Source: Octopus bimaculoides
Taxonomy: Eukaryota
Length of the DNA: 42,493 nt
Direction: 5' to 3'
NCBI RefSeq assembly: GCF_001194135.2
Contig: NC_068983.1
Span: forward strand, 115,262,206 to 115,304,698
The notes under the pieces were generated by a model. It saw only the letters and a list, made by a program, of their open reading frames with translations, was not told the origin of the DNA and ran no database searches. Shown here piece after piece: positions 22,641 through 34,398 of this stretch; the first letter of the stretch is position 1, and every line of letters begins with the position of its first letter. The position numbers and the translations under genes are program-made.

Positions 22641-23873
22641 ACTGTATCTGACGAGAAATGATGCAGGTACCTTGGGTTGGATGAAGACATAACACATTGC
22701 CTAAATACCTATCGTGAGAAATTAGGCTTCTCAAAATCAGAAAGGAGAAATCTGTTTCGAAGATCCAATTCATCAGAGGAACTGTAAAAATCTGTAGAAT
22801 TTTCCAGAAGTTTATTATCTGAGTATATATGAGCATGTTTAGACATGCAGCTATATGCATGAAAATACATACATAAAGCAAACGTACAAATCTGCACATA
22901 TACATACATACATACATACATACAGACAGACAGACAGACAGACAGACAAAAATACCTTGTTCGTATTGTTGAAATTCCAATGAAAGAGCCTTTCACTATT
23001 GGCAAGAAATCTTGAAATAAAAATGACTAATGAAATACATACATCCATACGTATGCGTGTGTGTGTGTGTGTGTGAGTGAGTGAATGAGTGAGTGTGTGT
23101 GNNNNNNNNNNGTGTGTGTGTGTGTGCGTGCGTGTTTGTGTGTGTGTGTGTGTATGTGTGCTGTGTTTGTGTGTGTGTGTTCATGTATGTGCATATTCAT
23201 ATAGAGAAGGAGAGGTAGTAATAAAAGAAGGAAAAAACGAATAAGGAGAGACAGAAAGAATGCAATGAAAACAGCGCAAACAATGGGAAGTGGAGAAAGA
23301 CGAAGGGAAAACGTAGTGAGAAGAAACGAGTGTTACTTTAAGCAAGGACTTTAGCTATATAGATTTTTCTAACGGATTTTGTTTGAAGAAATGCATACTG
23401 CGTTGGGAAGATAGAGAGAAGGAAGCAAACGGAGTATGAGTAGTATATAGCTGGGAATAAAGAGTAGTGAAGAAAGTGAATAAAGGAAAATATCCGAGGG
23501 AAATGAAGAGGAAAAATTAGTCGTATGAATGAAAAATAAATGCACAGTAGCAAAAATGTTTAGGCTTTGGAAATGTGTAAACATCAGAAATTCATGGTAT
23601 ATTAGAAACTCTTAAGTATATTAGGAAAAGGTTGTTGACTTTATAAGCACATAGCAAAGCAACAATAAATATTTCGATCTTTCTTTCTCGCCAGTTTTCT
23701 CTCACTACCTTTCTAGTTATATTTTTCAAACGAAATCCGTTTGAAAGAAAAAGTACAGAATTACAACTGACCACATTTCTAACCTCTTCTTTCTTTCTTT
23801 CCTTCTTTCTTTTTTTCTTCCCCCTGTATATCTATATATATTCACCAGCTCTCTTTCATTCTTTTTTCTTTCT

Positions 23874-23933
<60 letters not shown>

Positions 23934-24162
23934 NNNNNNNNNNNNNNNNNNNNNNNNNNNNNNNNNNNNNNNNNNNNNNNNNNNNNNNNNNNNNNNNNNN
24001 NNNNNNNNNNNNNNNNNNNNNNNNNNNNNNNNNNNNNNNNNNNNNNNNNNNNNNNNNNNNNNNNNNNNNNNNNNNNNNNNNNNNNNNNNNNNNNNNNNNN
24101 NNNNNNNNNNNNNNNNNNNNNNNNNNNNNNNNNNNNNNNNNNNNNNNNNNNNNNNNNNNNNC

Positions 24163-24345
24163 ATACCAGCACCGGTTGTCAAGCGGTAGTGGGGGAACAA
24201 ACACAGACACACACAGTTTCTGTCTATTAAATCAACTCACAAGGCTTTAGTCGGCGCGAAGCTATAGTATAGAAGGTGACACACAGTGAGTCTGAACCCG
24301 GGAACCATGTCGTTTGGAAGCAAGCTTCTTACCACACAACCTCAC
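24163..24345 (-). mobile_element. tRNA-derived SINE, family C (CORE-like central segment), truncated by the gap
   Basis: AAATCAACTCACAAGGCTTTAGTCGGC..GCTATAGTA..CTGAACCCGGGAACCATGT..AAGCAAGCTTCTTACCACAC, homologous to 38030-38180 and 42045-42185. Confidence 0.8.
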
Positions 24346-24748
24346 CTCGAGAACATGATAGTTTTACTCTTTTATAACTTATTGCAAATATTTCTAATAA
24401 TAAATTCGTTATTGCTCTGTTATGCATCTACCTAATCAACAGCCATTCCTTAATATACTTATTGCAACAATGAGTTCCTAATGTCTAGATAGCACTTTCA
24501 TGCATTACGACTAATCAGATCTCTTCATGCTATGCACTTTTTTTCTATTTCATATTCACAATTGTATACTACTCGGAAACCCACATTTTTTCTTCTTCCT
24601 TGCCTACCTTTTTATCTCATTATACATCCACCTACATACTTTTTCAAACAAAATTCATTTGAAAAATTTACATGGCTAAATCCCTTGCCTAAAGTAATGC
24701 TCTTCTGCGTTCTGTCTCGGATATGTTTTACTTATTCGTCTTTCTCAA

Positions 24749-24825
<77 letters not shown>

Positions 24826-25237
24826 TTTATCAGTACGTTCCCATTTCTACATATATAATTCTTTCAAATACAATCCTTTTTAATTGAAACATACGGATAG
24901 AAAACACCATTCTTGCCCCTAACTTCCATCGCTCTCTGCATTTGGTATTTTCTCCCAAATCTTCCACAGATACACGACATAACTATATAGACTCTAACTT
25001 GACGAGGTCAATAGATTAAAACATGATGCAGTTTGCAACCAACCATGGATATGTGCATGTGTATGTGTGCGCGTGTGTGAGTGCGTGTGTGAGTGTGTAT
25101 GTATGCATGTGTATGTATATACATAGGCAACACAAAAATAAAACAAAAACAAAAACAATAAAAGTCAAAAGAGCGTAAAGAGTGAATGTATTAGGTTGAC
25201 ACGCAGTTTAAGTCGATAAAAGAGGGAGTGTATATGC

Positions 25238-25275
<38 letters not shown>

Positions 25276-25367
25276 AACACAAATGTCGTTTAAAATTTAC
25301 GACTGTTATTTCGGTGTAATTCTAACAATGTATTCATAGATTACATCATGACAAAATATGCACAATT

Positions 25368-25477
25368 ATCAGGCAACATTTTAAGCAGATGAGATTTCTT
25401 ACATCGATCTTAACGTCAGATGTTGGAGTTGTCTAGATCGATGTAAGAAATCTCACCTGGTTGAAATCTTGTCTGAT
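25368..25477. other. Long inverted repeat: 43-bp arms, inner 21 bp perfect, 24-nt loop
   Basis: TGAGATTTCTTACATCGATCT (25390-25410) is the exact reverse complement of 25435-25455. The outer arms 25368-25389 and 25456-25477 match at 17 of 22 positions, 19 of 22 allowing G-U. Confidence 0.9.
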
Positions 25478-25989
25478 GATGATGGAGCTCTCCACTGAAG
25501 ACCAATTCTACGCCACATACAGTGAAGTGGAAAATCGTAAAAAAATATATACCATATGTTAATGGATGTAAGAAATGCATGTAAGAAATGCATGTAAGAA
25601 TTTCTCTGCACTACTGAGATTCAGATCAGAAATTTTCAGTAAATGCAAGCACATGGACAAATCTCTTTTGGCGAATTGCAGGACACCACCTTCTTCGAAT
25701 TGAGCAGCTGCATCACAGACTTTGGATCCCTCTCCGTTGATTCGTTCTACAACTAAATATATTATGGTTTTACGGTCTAAAGGAATATGACTCTAATTTT
25801 TTTCTTATTTCTTTTCTTTTTCCGTTTTTTTTTTCCACCCTGGCTCTTCTTGCATACACCCTTTTCTCGTTTTCCCTCGTGATTGCTCTTGTTCTAGCAT
25901 CCTGGTTTCTATCTTGTATAGGCTATTTCCAGTTCTTGTCAGAAAGTTCCGTGCTATATTAGTGTAGAAACCTAGATTAAATATGTGAA

Positions 25990-26225
25990 CAGGCGTGACA
26001 TGGTGATTGCAAGATCGCGGTGTCGGTTCCCGAACTACTCGGTGCGATATCTTTTTGAGTAAAACACTTCATTTTATGTTACTCAAGTTCACACAGCTAT
26101 AACTGAGTAACTCGGCAAAAGACTGGCATCCCGTTCAGGAAAAGCGCCGTGTCCTCGGTGACTTTTACACCAGAAAACCAGATAACCGACCTTATCAATT
26201 CTAAGACTCGGGACAACAATGTCCA
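25990..26225 (+). mobile_element. Family D SINE, degenerate
   Basis: AAGATCGCGGTGTCGGTTCCC head remnant, TTGAGTAAAACACTTCATTTTATGTTACTC central domain and GACTGGCATCCCGTTCAGG. Confidence 0.65.
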
Positions 26226-26449
26226 GGAGTCACCTTTTCTTTTCAATTGAATAGAGGATTGAATCAGATCGTTTTTTTCCTTCAAATTTTCTTTGGGTTT
26301 GGTGGTGTTTTGGGGATCCCCAAATATTTATCAACAAAACAACTTATTGCAATAATGTGTTGCCCTGTCGAAGATCTTTCAGTCCGTCACTTGCGCGCGC
26401 GCATATACACACACACTCACAAAAATGCACGCACACAAACACATATGTA

Positions 26450-27600
26450 TATTGTGTGACCAAAACTTCCATTCGTTTTTTAAGCAAAAATATTCAAACA
26501 TTGCGATTTATTCAAACATTGATATAATTACTGTTTCATTCCAGTGTCTTCTGTCATCTTGTGGATAGATCCTTTGTCTCCTACTCAAATAATTTTCTGT
26601 CTTTACGGGCGATAAACTTTTCCAGATGAATTTTTACATTCTCTTCAGGTGTGAAAGTCTGTCTATTCAATGAAATTTGAAGGGACTGAAACAGGTGGAA
26701 ATCTGGAGGCGCAAGTTGAGGTGAATATGGAGGGTGCAGCAAAACTTACCGAAAAAGTCTCAACAACTTTTGCCGCTTCTGCAAAGAAGCAAATCTGGCG
26801 CTGTCGGGACGAAAGATTAGTAAGTACTGCACACTCCTGGTGGATCGCTGCGTTTAATTTGTCCAGCTGGCCAGAGTACATATCCGAATTGATGGTCCTG
26901 TCTGTGGGAAGAAGTTCGTATAGTACAACACCCTTCCAAACCCGTCAAACTGAAAGCATAGTTTTCTTCGAGTGAAGTCCTGCTTTGGAGAATATTTGTG
27001 GTAGCTTGTTGCGCTTCTTCCATCATCGTTTACCCTTCACATTGTTATAGACGAATCATATTTCGTCTTCTGTCACCACTCTCGTCAAAATAAAAAGGGC
27101 CGTTTTCTTGGCGTTTCTGCAACAAATCGCAGATGGAAATCCGTTAGGCGGGGTTAGCTTCATTTAATTGAGGGACCTAAACATCGAGCCTGTTGACATA
27201 AACGAGTTGGTTTTCAACACTCGATCTGGACATTTGGAGAATATCTACGTTCATTCTGGTTGTATAACAGGGATTGGTGCTGCTGGCCAGGTTGTGGTGC
27301 GTCTTGAACCGATAAATTTCCCGAGTGAAATCTCAAACACACTTCTGGCTCACACATTCCGTAATATCATCCTCACCATACACATCACATATCTTCCTGC
27401 AGGTTTCCGCTGCTTTCTTGCCTTTTTAAGAATAAAAAATAGCATGAGATGTCGATAATGTTGGTCAAGGTTCTTCATTTTCAGGGTGATCCAAAGCACA
27501 CAGAATACAACCAGTGTCATCGCAAGTTCGAATCGAACTACGTTGAAATGTATCTAACCAGTGTGCAAGTGCAAGAGACAGACGTTAACTACTTTTATAT
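26450..27600 (-). mobile_element. Mariner transposon (mellifera-like), near full length, disabled
   Basis: ATG at 27478 gives MKNLDQHYRHLMLFF; then VVTEDEI*FVYNNVKGKR, KKTMLSV..KGVVLYELLPTDRTINSDMYSGQLDKL and VLLHPPYSPQLAPPDFHLFQSLQ, ending near 26513. One TIR is visible (TATTGTGTGACCAAAACTTCCATTCG at 26450); the other is decayed into (TA)n. Confidence 0.9.
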
Positions 27601-28459
27601 ATATATATTGGCAAATTAAATTTAAATGTTGAAGTGAATCTAACGGATTTTGCGTGTTTCTTAAATGGCTTATAAACACCTTCCACGTTGCAATTGCTTA
27701 TATATATATATATATAANNNNNNNNNNNNNNNNNNNNNNNNNNNNNNNNNNNNNNNNNNNNNNNNNNNNNNNNNNNNNNNNNNNNNNNNNNNNNNNNNNN
27801 NNNNNNNNNNNNNNNNNNNNNNNNNNNNNNNNNNNNNNNNNNNNNNNNNNNNNNNNNNNNNNNNNNNNNNNNNNNNNNNNNNNNNNNNNNNNNNNNNNNN
27901 NNNNNNNNNNNNNNNNNNNNNNNNNNNNNNNNNNNNNNNNNNNNNNNNNNNNNNNNNNNNNNNNNNNNNNNNNNNNNNNNNNNNNNNNNNNNNNNNNNNN
28001 NNNNNNNNNNNNNNNNNNNNNNNNNNNNNNNNNNNNNNNNNNNNNNNNNNNNNNNNNNNNNNNNNNNNNNNNNNNNNNNNNNNNNNNNNNNNNNNNNNNN
28101 NNNNNNNNNNNNNNNNNNNNNNNNNNNNNNNNNNNNNNNNNNNNNNNNNNNNNNNNNNNNNNNNNNNNNNNNNNNNNNNNNNNNNNNNNNNNNNNNNNNN
28201 NNNNNNNNNNNNNNNNNNNNNNNNNNNNNNNNNNNNNNNNNNNNNNNNNNNNNNNNNNNNNNNNNNNNNNNNNNNNNNNNNNNNNNNNNNNNNNNNNNNN
28301 NNNNNNNNNNGGAGAAGCAACTCAAGCTAATCCCTGTATATTTATGATTATAAATGGTTTTACCGATAAAGGTTTTTTCATACTGAACTACTTGGCAAAA
28401 TTGTTAATTATTAATTCTATTACTAATTGACGATTCCCTGCCCTTATTTCTGTATCTAT

Positions 28460-28504
<45 letters not shown>
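28460..28504. repeat. (GATA)n microsatellite
   Basis: Direct reading. Confidence 0.95.
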
Positions 28505-28505
<1 letters not shown>

Positions 28506-29239
28506 CTTCAGTAAATAACCAAGCCAAAAAGATAGTTGCTGTACAGAAGAGATTCATCAAACAACAGAAATATTTGGTTGATGCTGTCAAAAATATACCA
28601 AAAAAAAAAAAAATGCTACGTAATAGAAAATTCAAAGAACATCAAGGTAGTACATAACTAATCAATCTATAGATACATAGCGATATTGATGAACTTTGAG
28701 AATAATAGTGATATCTGATGGCGTAGAATAGATTGAAATACACGACTGAGACTAACAAAATACAAGACAGCTGCCTATTTCATGACAATGCTACAAAAGA
28801 AAAAAATATTCCCAAGAGAACGAGGACATCTGTGGACGACCCTCGAGAAATTTAAAATCACAAAATACAATTGGCTTTAAATTGATCTATATCGAAGCAA
28901 TAAGCTGTACACCATCTTGCATAGAACAAAGTATTACTTAAGTTTAGACGTTTTTGTTGTGGGTGGTGGAGTGAGGATGGTAGCATGGGTGGGATAAGAT
29001 TAGAATGTGGACAATGGGCTCTCTAATCGCGGCATTAAGATTGCGGTGTTGGTTCATATGTATTTAGGAGTATGGAACCCCACTTTACTTCACAGATTTC
29101 GAGTGATTTCTATAGTAGAAATAATGATATATACAATAACTGGAATAATAAAGAAAAGTATAAGAAAACGTTTTTTTTTAACACATATTTTAAAACTTTA
29201 CCCATATTAGTAACATTCATTGAATTAATATAGATTTCA

Positions 29240-29715
29240 AAAGTTAGCACAAGATCAACAATTCCAGAGGAGGTGATAAGTCGATTACTTCAAACCCAGT
29301 GTTCGATTGGTACTTATTTTATCGACCCATAAAGAATGAAAGGCAAAGACATCCTTGGTGGAATTTGAACTCAGAATATAAAAACGGACATGCCATTAAA
29401 CTTTTTGTCCGGCGTGGTAACGATTCTGCCAGCTGTTGCCTTATTCATTGAATTAATATTGATTTCAAATTTTGGCACAAGGCAAACAGTTTCTAGGGCT
29501 AATCACATTCAGTACTTGACTGGTACTTATTTTATCGACTTTCGAAAAGATGAAAGCCAAAGTCGACTTCGGCGGAATTTAAACTCAGAAATAAAGACGG
29601 ATGATATACCACTAAGCATTTTGCCCGATGTGTCAACGGTTAATATCAATAATGTAACTAAAGCGGCGATCTGGCAGAATCGTTTGCTAATCGGACAAAA
29701 TGCTTAACAGCATTT
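29240..29715. mobile_element. Cluster of family A SINEs: two tandem minus-strand copies (about 29240-29430 and 29460-29640) and a plus-strand head (about 29660-29715)
   Basis: GGAATTTGAACTCAGAA at 29360, GGAATTTAAACTCAGAA at 29574 and AAAGCGGCGATCTGGCAGAATCG at 29660. Confidence 0.85.
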
Positions 29716-30389
29716 TTTCCATGTATACTCATGATTCTTAGACCACACATACACCCACACAAACATACACACACACATGCACACACATACACAGATACAT
29801 ACACAGATACATATACGGATACATATATGACAGAGAGAGGGGGAGAGTTTAAAAGAATAACCAGAGAGCAAATAGTTGGTATTTCAAATAATTCATTACG
29901 ATCGTTTTATTAGTTGGTAATCCATGATCAACTAAATCGTCAGATATGTTGAAATTCAATGTGTGGAATCAATTTTCTCCCTATATATACATAAATCTTA
30001 GTTCAACCAATGATAGAAAGGGAGAAAGAAAAACGAAGAAAGAAAAGGTAACACAAGTAATTAAAAGTATATAAAAATATGATCAAGGAAATATAACTCA
30101 GTATAGATTGATGGCTGTGAAGTCAAGCCGGCACGACAAAGAGTGGGTCTTTGAGATAGAATGACCCGAATCCTGAACGAAAAACAGTTAAATTTAAAGG
30201 ATTAAGAGGGATAAAACAAAGGTGGGGTGTATAAAAGGATGCAAGTTGCAAAAGCAAAAAAGAATGAGTTAGGAATATGAGAGGCTAGACAGAAAGTTGG
30301 TATTGCTAATTGTGTTAGTCTAGGTTCAAGGAAATTTATGGCATCCACACCCTAAAACGTTCAAGGGTTAAGGTTGTGTGCTGACTGAC

Positions 30390-31185
30390 ACCTGTAACAA
30401 ATTGGGAAAGTCAAGAAAACGGGTAGGTTTGTTCCACATCAACTGAACGAGATTTAAAAAAACAGACGCCTCAAAGAATGCTTCTTATTGCTTTCTCGAC
30501 TGGAAAAAGACCATTTTTGTATCAAATCATTATTTGTGATGAGAAATTGATACTCTTTGACAACAGCAGGAGAACAGGACAGTGATTAGATGCAGGAGAG
30601 TCCCCTAAACACTACCCAAACCCATCATCGCACACTAAAAAGTTAGTGGTCACTGTATCGTGGTCTTCAAAGGTAGTTATTCATTATTCATTTTCGCAAC
30701 AAGGAAAAACGGTAACAGCAACATCGCATTGCCAGGAAATTGACTGGATGCATGAGAATTTGAAAAAGTAGCAACCCAGACTAGTGAATAGAGATGGTCC
30801 AATTTTGCTCCACGACAATGCACATCCTCACACTCCTTAAGCTACGGTCCAAAAGTTGCAAAGCCTGAATTATGAGATATTTCAACAAGCTCCCTATTCC
30901 CTTGATATTTCTCCTATTGATCATCACTTATTTAAGTATTTTAAGCTTTTTATAAGCAATAAAACATTCTTAAATAGAGAAGAGGTAATTGAAGCGTTCG
31001 GAAAGTTTGCTACAGCAAAAGATGAATTTTTTTTAAAGATGGAATATATGACATAGAGAAACGTTGGGTAAACGTCGTAAATGAACATCGCTGATACTTT
31101 GGTTAAATAAATCAGTTCTCTAATACTTCTGAAACATTTTATTGTTACCTTTCAAGTACGACTTTTCATGTGAAACAACCTAATA
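30390..31185 (+). mobile_element. Mariner transposon (cecropia/Hsmar1-like), 5'-truncated and disabled
   Basis: QIGKVKK..FVPHQLNE; IIICDEKLILFDNSRR; PKHYPNP..KKLVVTVSWS; LVNRDGPILLHDNAHPH; APYSLDISPIDHHLFKYF. The right TIR ends GAAACAACCTAA followed by TA at 31184-31185. Confidence 0.92.
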
Positions 31186-31312
31186 TATACATNNNNNNNN
31201 NNNNNNNNNNNNNNNNNNNNNNNNNNNNNNNNNNNNNNNNNNNNNNNNNNNNNNNNNNNNNNNNNNNNNNNNNNNNNNNNNNNNNNNNNNNNNNNNNNNN
31301 NNNNNNNNNNNN

Positions 31313-31348
<36 letters not shown>

Positions 31349-31659
31349 GCATACACATACAGAAACATATATACGCATTCTCACATATACACATATACAA
31401 ACACATAAAACAGTTGGATATAATACCAAAGATAGCAGCAATGACGATAGTACAGCTCAAATAACGAGAACAGTAACTACAATAATATTATTAACAGCAA
31501 CAACAACGACAATAATAACCATTCTTTAAATAATAATAGTGATGATAATAATATTAGTGACAACACTAATGATATCAATACCCATAGTACTGCTCAGATG
31601 ATAATAGTGACAATGATAAAAATAATAATGAGCTGTATGTAACTCTCACGGTTACAGGT

Positions 31660-32926
31660 GCGTGGACGTATCATACATCATTTCCTGTATATGGATGACT
31701 GAAAAATCTTTTACAAAGAATAAGAATGAATTAGAAAGCTTTAAAATACTCTATAGTTTTCAGCAAAAACGTAAGGATAATTATGGGACTAAACACATGC
31801 GCCAAAGCGATATCAAGGAGAAGCAAATTAACCAGCACTGAGAATATTACGCTCGACAGATACACTGAAATTAGAGTATCAGATCATAGTCACCAAAGAA
31901 AGGAAACTGCTGAAATACAACACACGGAATTGGAAGAGAAAATTAAGGAAAGAATACTAAAAGGATATCAAAATACCGAATCCAATGCTAGAAATATGAT
32001 AATAGCTATAAATACGCCAACCATACAAATTATAAACTACAATTTCAGTGTAATAAACTAGAATCTAAGGAACTTGAAAAAAATTTGGATAGAAAAACCA
32101 AGAAACTACTGACAGCATACCGAAGCCACCGCACAAAAGCATATAGAGACAAACTATACCTACCCTGTATATAAGAAGGGCATGGCCTGAGACAAATAAA
32201 TACTAAACTTCTGTAAAATATTAACAGCTCAACTGGATAAATACTTACAAGCAAATAATGAAAGACTCATAAATGCAATAAATTTATGAGAAAACAAAGA
32301 AGCGATAAAATACAAAACAAATTGCCGATACTGAAACAATAAATTTAAATAGTAACACAACAGAAACGGTTAAAGAGACAAAACACACAAAAACAGATTT
32401 ACCAAACACACTCAAGAAGAAATGGAAAAGATAACCACTCTAAGGCTAATACTCTGCAAGGCATGTTAAACTAGATGTGAGCCAAAGCGAAAGTTAAAAA
32501 CGGCTCAAAAGCGCAGACTCAAAAGCGCAGGCTCAAAAGCGCAGGCTCAAAAGCGCAGGCCCAAAAGTAGAAACAGGACTTATTCTCGCCGCACAGACCC
32601 AATATTTGGAGACAAAAAATTATAAGAATAAAATAATACAATAGTTTGGACTGTTTCTAACTCTGCTAGGAACAGCCCACATCTAGCGCAACAAACTGTT
32701 GATTCAGTAGAAAAACACAGAATAATCTTCATTCACAACACACAGCCTATACGATAAGTACCTAACAATCTAAAACCATACAACTCCCACAACATATACT
32801 ATGCAAGATTGATCCCTAGTATACTCTCTTCGATCTCTGCAAAATAAGAACACAATACTGTATACACCTTAGTAACACAGAGATGCACCAATTACTGCAG
32901 TACAAACTAGCATGAATTTGCTAGTT

Positions 32927-32927
<1 letters not shown>
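31660..32927 (+). mobile_element. R4/Dong-clade copy, 5'-truncated and internally deleted, ending in a (TAA)n tail
   Basis: FLYMDD; MGLNTCAKA; SNARNMIIAINT; LDRKTKKLLT; GLILAAQ; then a jump to the C-terminal TLLGTAHI (about 32660-32685) with CCHC and RLE missing; 3' UTR; tail from 32928. Confidence 0.82.
32503..32567 (+). repeat. 14-bp tandem repeat (GCTCAAAAGCGCAG) x4 plus a partial unit, inside the LINE
   Basis: Units at 32503, 32517, 32531 and 32545; partial unit at 32559. Confidence 0.95.

Positions 32928-32986
<59 letters not shown>
32928..32986 (+). repeat. (TAA)n tract: tail of the upstream LINE and target of the next insertion
   Basis: Direct reading. Confidence 0.95.
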
Positions 32987-32987
<1 letters not shown>

Positions 32988-33150
32988 GTGTGAAGATAGA
33001 ACACCTACAAAAATCAGCATTGTTTGGAACTGCAAGAATTCTTCGCATGGTTCTTGAAGCATGACCAGTAAACAAGTATCACCTTAGTCTGCTGGGTGTG
33101 GACAGCTGATACTTCCCAACATACCCACCGAAATTCAGTTGTGAGGTTTC

Positions 33151-33152
<2 letters not shown>
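32987..33152 (+). mobile_element. 166-bp extreme 3' end of a second R4/Dong family inserted in (TAA)n
   Basis: Uninterrupted GVKIEHLQKSALFGTARILRMVLEA* (32987-33064) plus 3' UTR, with pure (TAA)n on both sides. Homologous to the 3' end of 385-1035. Confidence 0.9.

Positions 33153-33217
<65 letters not shown>
33153..33217 (+). repeat. (TAA)n tail or target tract
   Basis: Direct reading. Confidence 0.95.
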
Positions 33218-33218
<1 letters not shown>

Positions 33219-33439
33219 TTGATAATGATGATGATGATATGGAGGCGCGTCATAGCCATGTGTTGAGAGGAATTCTTTGAAATTTGAATAATGGAAACAT
33301 GAGTGGAAACATGGGTATTTCGTTCAACATCCTTAGACAAACCTTATTCAGGCACCTTTTGAATGGGATGGGCTACTCGACCTGATGAAAATTCTGACTG
33401 CGAAGCATGCGTTGTTTCTCTTGATATGAGATCACCACG

Positions 33440-33770
33440 TCGCGCACATATGATGCATGTACCTCGTGTACTCCCTGAGGGAGAAAATGTAACGATTCTT
33501 TGGGACTTTCTAGTACATAGAGGCCGAACCACTACCGTTAATAAACTGGATATTGTTGTGAAAGACTAAAATAATTAAGTTTGTTTATTGATCGACATGA
33601 GTATTCCTTGTGATCATAACATCTCGGCAAAACAATTTGACAAGCTCAGAAGACATAAATATTTTCCTATTGAAACTGAAAATATGTTGCATCTCAATGC
33701 AGTTACAATAGCAGTGACTGTAGGAGTACTAAGAATGACCAAAAAATGGAACTGAAAGTCATTTGAGAAC
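33440..33770 (+). mobile_element. R4/Dong-clade restriction-like endonuclease fragment
   Basis: EGENVTILWDFLVHRGRTTTVNKLDIVVKD..VCLLIDMSIPCDHNISAKQFDKL..VTVGVL. Confidence 0.85.
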
Positions 33771-34398
33771 ACCTGTGTATGTTTGATTTGTCTTCGAATA
33801 ACTTAATTTCATTTTGAAAGTGAACAATCTGGTGTGTTTAGCTTAATGGCCTATAAATGTATACAGTGAGTTTCTTTATCCTTGGTGTCGGGAAGACACT
33901 TGGCAAGAAATTGAAACACAATAGAAAATGATAACAGCTAAAAAAATATTCAATCATAGTAATGAGAATAATAACAATGGTATCAACAACACCAATAATA
34001 ACAAAAAATAAATAGAAGAAATGAGTGGTTCAAAGAAAGAGAAGATATGCAAGTAAAGAAAAAAGTAGGTTAAGTGGTGATATACAGTTTGGTAAACCAA
34101 CAAGATTCGAGTAGCAGGTGTTACGTAAGGACTGCATAAGCAGAATAATGGAAAGCATTGGAAACTATATGCAGAATAATCATAAAAGTAATCATAAAAA
34201 AGACCAGAGGATCGAATGTATAGTGAAAGAGACAGATATCATTCCGGAAAAATATATTTCGGAAATGTACTTGTTTGGCAAGAGTTTTGATCTGAGACTA
34301 TGTGCTGAAGCTAAAAGGATTTCATCGTGGAAGATACGTATTAGCCATTCAACCAACACACAAAGATTATTAAATTCCCTTAATCATGTATCAGTTGG

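Noticed and set aside
25473-25545. CTGATGA and CTGAAGA followed by GAAA as a second hammerhead
   Set aside because: No helix II closes directly between the core and GAAA, and no helix I partner exists.
26670-27458. Plus-strand ORFs 26670-26975 and 27168-27458
   Set aside because: They are antisense shadows of the minus-strand mariner transposase.
32503-32567. Short direct-repeat arrays (also 25566-25601 and GTTTAAYATGTGAGAACG twice near 9988-10040) as CRISPR-like arrays
   Set aside because: There are no unique spacers of regular length, no cas genes, and the context is eukaryotic.
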